From Nymphaea colorata (Eukaryota), in contig NC_045138.2 in assembly GCF_008831285.2 (NCBI RefSeq), positions 39,060,001-39,124,000 on the forward strand: DNA of 64,000 bases, written 5' to 3'. The notes below the pieces were generated by a model. It did not search any database, had not been told where the DNA came from, and worked only from the letters and a program-made list of their open reading frames with translations. Positions 57,701 through 64,000 of this stretch are shown here, one piece after another (the stretch's first letter is position 1; each line of letters opens with the position of its first letter). A program made the translations under genes and the position numbers.

Positions 57701-58920
57701 CAAGTTCTCTTGGCCTTTCCATGTCTCTTTAGAAAGCACAGTTTGGTTCTTTTCTCACATCTTTAAGCCAAGGGATTCCCCACAATTTTCCTTGAAAGAA
57801 GTGAAAAAGAATGTGTATTCTAGATTGAGTCTTGCAGAAGTGAGGAATATGCCCCCAACCCCAAATTTCATAAAGTATGATTTGGCCTTATTGCATTCTC
57901 TGATGTGATGCCATGTCCTTTGCTTTTCTAGCATGTCCCCAGCCAACTACAGGCAGGAATGTATTTGCATGGTACCCCTCTTGCACTCAGGAAGAACAAA
58001 ACAAGTTAACCAAACCCTAGGAAAGATGAGTGAATTGACATGAGTTCTTCTTAGATGTGTCACTTTTTTGGCACAAGCGCGCATTTGCAAATCCGAATAT
58101 ATCCTCATGTTCTTACGTGCTTTTTGCATTCTAAGAACTATATTTACTCGCGGGTACTCGTAGTTTGCCTCAAGCGGCGTAGCATACCTTGTCAGGCTGA
58201 TGGATGTGGAGATCATACATCATCAATTCATCGATTCTCTTATCCACTATGCTCCTAGGGTGAACGCACCACCAAGTTGACGGTGCGCTGATTTCTCACG
58301 AAACCCTAATGCGGCCCTAGACCCTGGAGCCCGGAGTTTTTAGTACTTTTGGCTCCACTACCTTTAAGTGCTTATAATTTAGATCCACGGATGTATATCT
58401 GCATGTACATATATAAATTCACTGAATAGTTAGCTCCAATTATGCTACTTAAAGAAATATTTGTTCAAATAATTGGGTGGTTATATATATAGTTGGAGGT
58501 CGCAGCAGGAAATGACAAACAAAAGTTCACAAGGACAATGAATCCAGAGGATATCTTCATCCAAGATTTTTTAGGGTGTGGAGATGTCAGCTAAGGTGGC
58601 CCAATGTCTCCCCTGTTAACTAAAGCGACAGAGCGAGTCCCAAAAACAATGGCCTTTAAGAATCGCACTGACTGAGACCAACTACTGGCCCGACCCAACC
58701 TTACTCGCCCCCTCTGGGCCATGCCCATTAGTTGCTTTTTAACACCGCGCCTAGATATGATGTACACATATATACATGTGACCTTTCACCGATTACATCG
58801 GCTTGCACCGATTGGCATGCGGGGTTTTTTTTTTTTCTTAATTTGGAATAAGTTCAAGGGGAAATCTCATAATTTGATGGTCTTTTAATTATATAGCTTT
58901 TCATATAGCGCCATTTATTC

Positions 58921-59146
58921 GGTTCTGTTTGATAGCTTCGGATCTTAAATCCAAAGCTACATAAAAGGATGTGTTTTGGGGAGATCTCTCAGCTTCAACA
59001 AAAGAAGATCTCATTAACATGAATTTCAAATTCATGTCACATGTAAAAAAACCATGAATTTAATGCCAAAATAGGATGAGGGGTTCCCCGCCTTAAATCT
59101 ATGGATCTCCCGTGAACCTGAGATCCACGGTGAAACAAACACGACC
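58921..59146. mobile_element. Tourist/PIF-like MITE
   Basis: Imperfect TIRs GGTTCTGTTTG / CAAACACGACC, ~225 bp. Confidence 0.55.
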
Positions 59147-59250
59147 TTTGGGTATAAGCTTTGCCTCGTCTTAGAGAGCATGGATGCTTCTAGGGCACAT
59201 ACATTAAGCACATTATTTATGTTTTAGAGAGAGAAAGAGAGAGAGAGCCG

Positions 59251-59366
59251 ATAAAATTATGGAAGGCCCTTTCGATGCCGGAATAAGATTATGGAAGGTG
59301 TGACATGGTGTCCCATTCACCAATGGTCCCAAATAAGATTATGGAAGGCCCTTTCGATGCCGGAAT
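59251..59366. repeat. Interrupted local duplication (32-bp unit, 16-bp partial unit, 34-bp unrelated filler, full unit)
   Basis: ATAA(A/G)ATTATGGAAGGCCCTTTCGATGCCGGA at 59251 and 59333; ATAAGATTATGGAAGG at 59283. Confidence 0.9.
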
Positions 59367-60212
59367 TGGGATAGAATTGCGTTTTCAAACACGAGCTACT
59401 GGTACGCATCTGTAATTGAAATACATTTATCGAGTCAAATGATCCTCAAGGTACATTTTTGGATTTTGAAGATGGTCCATTCCATGGGTATGAAACGAGA
59501 AAATGTTAGGAGCAGCCAGAACATGAACGCCGTGCTTGTGATCAGCCAGAATCCCACCAGACAATTTGTTCCTTTCTCCTCCTCTGGCTGGAGCCCTTGC
59601 ATTTATGCTGCTCGCAGCAGATCGAGAACGGCTTGCTACCCCCCAACCCATCACTTTTTTAATGCTGAGCCCGAGCCCGAGCCCGAGCCCGGTGAAGAAG
59701 TCGGCCCCCCACCGCCGCAGTTCAAAACAAAACTTGGACTTGAACTCTCTTGGGAGCAATGGTAGGTGAGAAAAAGGTGTATCCCACCGTCCTAGTGAGA
59801 GCCGAAGCCTGCCCCAAGGGCCGCATCGGTGCCATTAGAACCAGTGATTGGTTTATGATTTTTTTCAGTCCACTCACCGGACATTTACTCTGTAGGTCAA
59901 AGATCAAAATTGAACCGTCTAGTCCCAAAATATAATCCAAACTAGGCCATCTATATACTTTTTTCATTTGTAATACGGAAAAAACTGCTGCTAGAGACTT
60001 TGTCGCTCACCTAGCGGCACTGAGCTAGTAAGCCCCACCTACACGTCTATGCCTGCTTACTTGGTTTGCCGGAAAATTGACGCTCATAGCCTCTTACCAG
60101 CCGTTGGCCCAACTGTAAGTTCTAGTGACCATGCATGTTCTTAAGTTGCCTATAAAAAGTGTGCTTTCTGCTAAATTCAAGGTGTTCACCCTTGTGTACT
60201 TGTGCCTTTACT

Positions 60213-60613
60213 CAATGACAGAGCCAGGAATTTTTGGCAGAGGGGCATTCGAGTCACCAGCCCAGCTCTATTGTAGGCACTTCATATAATTTTTAAATCA
60301 TCGTAATGTAAATTTCAATTTTTCTAATGGAACATTTGATGGATCGGCCCACACCAGCCCTCATGTATCTCCGCCATTAGCACATGGCCAGATTTTCGGC
60401 CCGGTTGGCATTGTTGATACATATGTTACTTAAGGCAGCCGGACCCGATCAAGCATTCAACAAATCAAATCTTAAATCCCAACTACATATTAATCAATTG
60501 GAATTCTGGTTGGCCCATATTATTACATCTGGTTGCCGTAGCAAATTCACATGTGGGTTGGTAGGAGCAGTTACTCACATCAGCCCCCCCGAATATAGGT
60601 TTATTCAACTAAC

Positions 60614-60696
<83 letters not shown>

Positions 60697-61095
60697 TTGG
60701 CACCCTTTAGCAACTGAGCCAAAAATTTCTAGCTCGGCCACTTGTAACCAGTTTTTGATATCCACCCCCAATTTTTTGGATCGTGCTTGATCAAGGATCT
60801 AACACGAATCCAACTTATTAAACTCTTATCCCCAGGACTGCAGATGAGTCCTAATCAGGTTTAAGGGTCTTGTCATATTTTAGTTGCATCAGATCCAATT
60901 TCGACTCGTTTTCAGGGGCGAAGGGAGAGGGGGCGCCACCTAGGCCATGGCTCTACCTCAACTAGTTGAAAAAATAAAAAATAAAAAAAGTTGTGTAATA
61001 TATTTTTAGATTCGTGGTTCAGTTTGGTCCTACTCGGAAATATTGTTGGACTGTTTGGCTTATCCCTGAAAAAAAATTCTGGTTTTTCGCCCATG
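60213..61095. mobile_element. Cluster of three degenerate hAT-type MITEs (~60213-60379, ~60565-60743 containing a long (AT)n, 60913-61095)
   Basis: Termini CAATGACAGAGCC/CTCCGCCATT, ...AGCTCGGCCACT and CAGGGGCGAAG/TTCGCCCATG resemble those of 10823-11001 and 14586-14779. Confidence 0.55.
60619..60692. repeat. Long (TA)n microsatellite
   Basis: Read directly; ~37 units. Confidence 0.95.
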
Positions 61096-63542
61096 CTCTT
61101 CCTGAAACATATTTAGTTGTCTCGAGATCCAAAATCATTCGCGAATACGATTGGACCACACTGTTCCATCCATGTTGTCTATTCTTGCTGCTCTTTCACT
61201 CCTTGGTACATAATTATGCAGGAAAGCTTTTGAAGTTTCTGTTCATGAAAGCCAAAGCCCATGTGGTTGAGATGATTAAACATTTTGCCAGGCTTGCTTA
61301 GCAAGCATTCGGGAGATATCATGGTGCCTGTCTGTGGATCATTACTTAATTGTAGAGAATGAGTTATTTGCGTCAATAATTCATTGATTATTTTATTGTC
61401 AATGTTGCGAACATTTTATTAAACTCGAACAAACCACACTCGGGTCGAGAGACTTTATAACTCGCAAGATCCGCCCCACAAGGCTTGTACCCAAAAAGTT
61501 TTCAATATCAAGTGGACAAGTCGAATTCGATTAGACATTAATTTGAATATGAATCTGTAGTCCAAGATAAATCTCAAATGTGACCAAGCTGAATAGGAAT
61601 CCGATGTCTATGTTTTAGTCTTGGATCCACTAAAAACTCTTTTAAGAACATGTTATTCTATATTTTTGTTCATCGTAATGGGTCCAATTCATGTTTTTTA
61701 TGCCAATAAAGTCCGAATCCAAATCCGATCTAAATGCACTTTCAGAACCAATCTAATGATCCGTTCTCAAAACTAATGGAGCAGATCTAATGAACATCTG
61801 GTCCCTTGTTAATAATCTACAAAAAAAAAAAAATTAAATTTTAGTGTGAGCCGTCTTGCCGCCCGGTTGCACTATGCCCTTGTTAAAAAATGACAGCTTC
61901 TGGGTGTCAGGTCGAGAATTTTTACGAAAACGGACCCGAAAGTTTTCGAATAGACGAGCATCGGAACATGGTTTTCAATATTGCCAAATGCATGTCTGAA
62001 TTTGTCATGAACATCTGTAAATGTCCATGTTTTTTTGGTAAAATAGGCCATTAAATAAGTAGCATATTTACTGTTTGCCCCTCAACTAACACATACCTAA
62101 CTCTTTTCAATAATTTAGGCTTTCTAGTAACAATTTAAAAAAATCGCTGAAGTTCTATAGTAACATGAAAATCATGTCTAATTACCTCAGCTTATTAAAA
62201 GGATGCAATGACCAATATAACTGTAGTAAAAGAAAGTGCTTAAAATTAGGCATAGCTAGATTAAATTTGTAGAAATATTTCGATCATATCTAGATTAAAT
62301 TTGCAGAAATATTTTGAACAATAGGCTTAGAATATTTTTTGACTTTTTTTTTCATGGAAAACGAAGAAAGAAGGATTAATTTTTTCAAGCGGTCACCAAC
62401 CAACTACCTCCCCATTCATCTATCACCTTTTGGGTTTGATATTTGATTTTCATGAAGGCCACAAAGCAAGGATCTGCAAGAGCCACATCATGCATAGATC
62501 AACCTGAATCGGTTAATTTGGATCAAATCAATGGCAAAAAATGGTTGTGATCGACAATCGGAGAAGTTTCTAATAATTGTTTGATAGCTTTTGATAATTC
62601 ACAACAGATTCAACTGAGCGTATGATTCGGTTGATTCACCTGTGAACAAAAACAAAAGTGATAACTATCAGATGCCCCACATCGATCCAAAACCAAAACT
62701 AAGTTTCCGATTAAAATAGATTCGGCAAATAAAACTGAAATATAATAATTAACACACAAAAAAATAAAAAATAAAAAATAAAACCCTTGCCTTTGGCTCG
62801 TTCGAACCAGAGAAGAGACGTGAAAGAACAAAAGAATGTGAAGGCAGAGCCGACAATCGAATCGTAGCATCTGCGACGCGTGGGTCAACAATGGCCCACC
62901 GTATGACTCTGCCAATGGGAATTTGCCAAGTGGCAATTGGTGACGCGAAGAACGTGAATGGTGGGCCATCCCTTGCTTTGACACCTACCGACTTCTTTTT
63001 GCCTTCGTTGTGGGTCCCACGTCTCTCTCTCCAAGTTCTAATTTTCTTAATTAAAAAATTTATAATGTAAGAGCAAAATATATATATGTGAAGTTTGTTT
63101 CATAAAGTTTTTACCTTACCGGTGTGTTTATATAAAGTAATGATTAGGCACATCGGCTTGCCTATGAGTTCATTTAATACGAACTAAACGATAAGATATC
63201 GTTTCAAGCGGCAGAACAACTTATCAACGTGAGCAGCGTAAAATTTTGGGACGTCATCGGGCTGCTGCCCACTATGCAGCATTTTCAGGGCTTCAAAATG
63301 TGTAGTAGTAAATTTCATCTCCAAATAATAGTTATGATCTTCATGAACTGCGTGTAAGTTTATATAATATATATTTTTGTGAAATGCGCCAAACTTTTTT
63401 TATACGATATATGTATATAACGAAACGTGGATTTAATTTTTTCTCTCTTTAGGCACTATCAATGTTAAGGTAGATAACAAAGGTTGTAAAATGCAAATGA
63501 AGAAAAGGGTTATAAGAGCTAATAAAATGAAGTGTTAAAGAG

Positions 63543-63605
<63 letters not shown>

Positions 63606-63868
63606 TCATATGTCGGCAGGCGGTAAATCTTTGTGCGATGAGTAGGCGTCGTGGGAGGCCCATGCTTTCTTGGTTGGATCGCTAACTTGGCTGATAGCAA
63701 AAGAAAAAATGGAGGAAGGACATATCTCCTTTCTTTTTCAACTTCCTGCTGTTCGGATTTCAGTTGTCTCCCTCCAAATCCTTCTGCATTGCATTTCAAG
63801 AAAGTTCTAAATAAGAAAATAGAAGAGAAGAGGACTCTTTTGAACCCTGAGCGGACGCGGGTCCCCTA

Positions 63869-64000
63869 CTAGGAGACCTAATATCCGATCCAATTATTAA
63901 TTCAAATCGGATCATTTATCCTATTCAGCTTCAAATCCGATTTCAGAGGGCCCGGTTAAAATTTAATTGGATAAAAATTGAATCCAACCTAAAATCCAAA
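63869..64000. mobile_element. Start of a hAT-like MITE rich in ATCCGA/TCGGAT motifs, running off the window; related decayed copy at ~61500-61810
   Basis: TAGG start followed by repeated ATCCGAT/AATCCAA motifs. Confidence 0.4.

Noticed and set aside
59251..59366. CRISPR-like repeat-spacer pattern
   Set aside because: Only two full repeats, irregular spacing, eukaryotic context, no cas genes.

Overview
Plant nuclear DNA (angiosperm; intron-rich, many AG/AT microsatellites; species not determinable from sequence). Six protein-coding genes could be reconstructed exon by exon: the 3' part of a long-chain acyl-CoA synthetase (LACS4-like, +), a spermine-synthase-like aminopropyltransferase (+), a single-exon DYW-class PPR gene resembling EMB2261/ECD1 (-), an LRR protein with a C-terminal eIF4E-binding motif (CERES-like, +), a clade A PP2C (-) and a GH9 class C endoglucanase with CBM49 (-). 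The rest is intronic or intergenic, with the end of a PIF/Harbinger-like element carrying a 39-bp minisatellite, several hAT- and Tourist-like MITEs and a decayed LINE ORF1. No rRNA, tRNA, CRISPR or recognisable conserved miRNA was seen. I found no convincing wholly new multi-gene system. The best leads are residue- and splice-level: a PP2C lacking the ABA-sensing Trp, a divergent SPMS substrate-site motif plus a candidate uORF micro-exon, and a CERES eIF4E-binding motif that intron retention would remove. Family assignments are from remembered motifs, not database searches.
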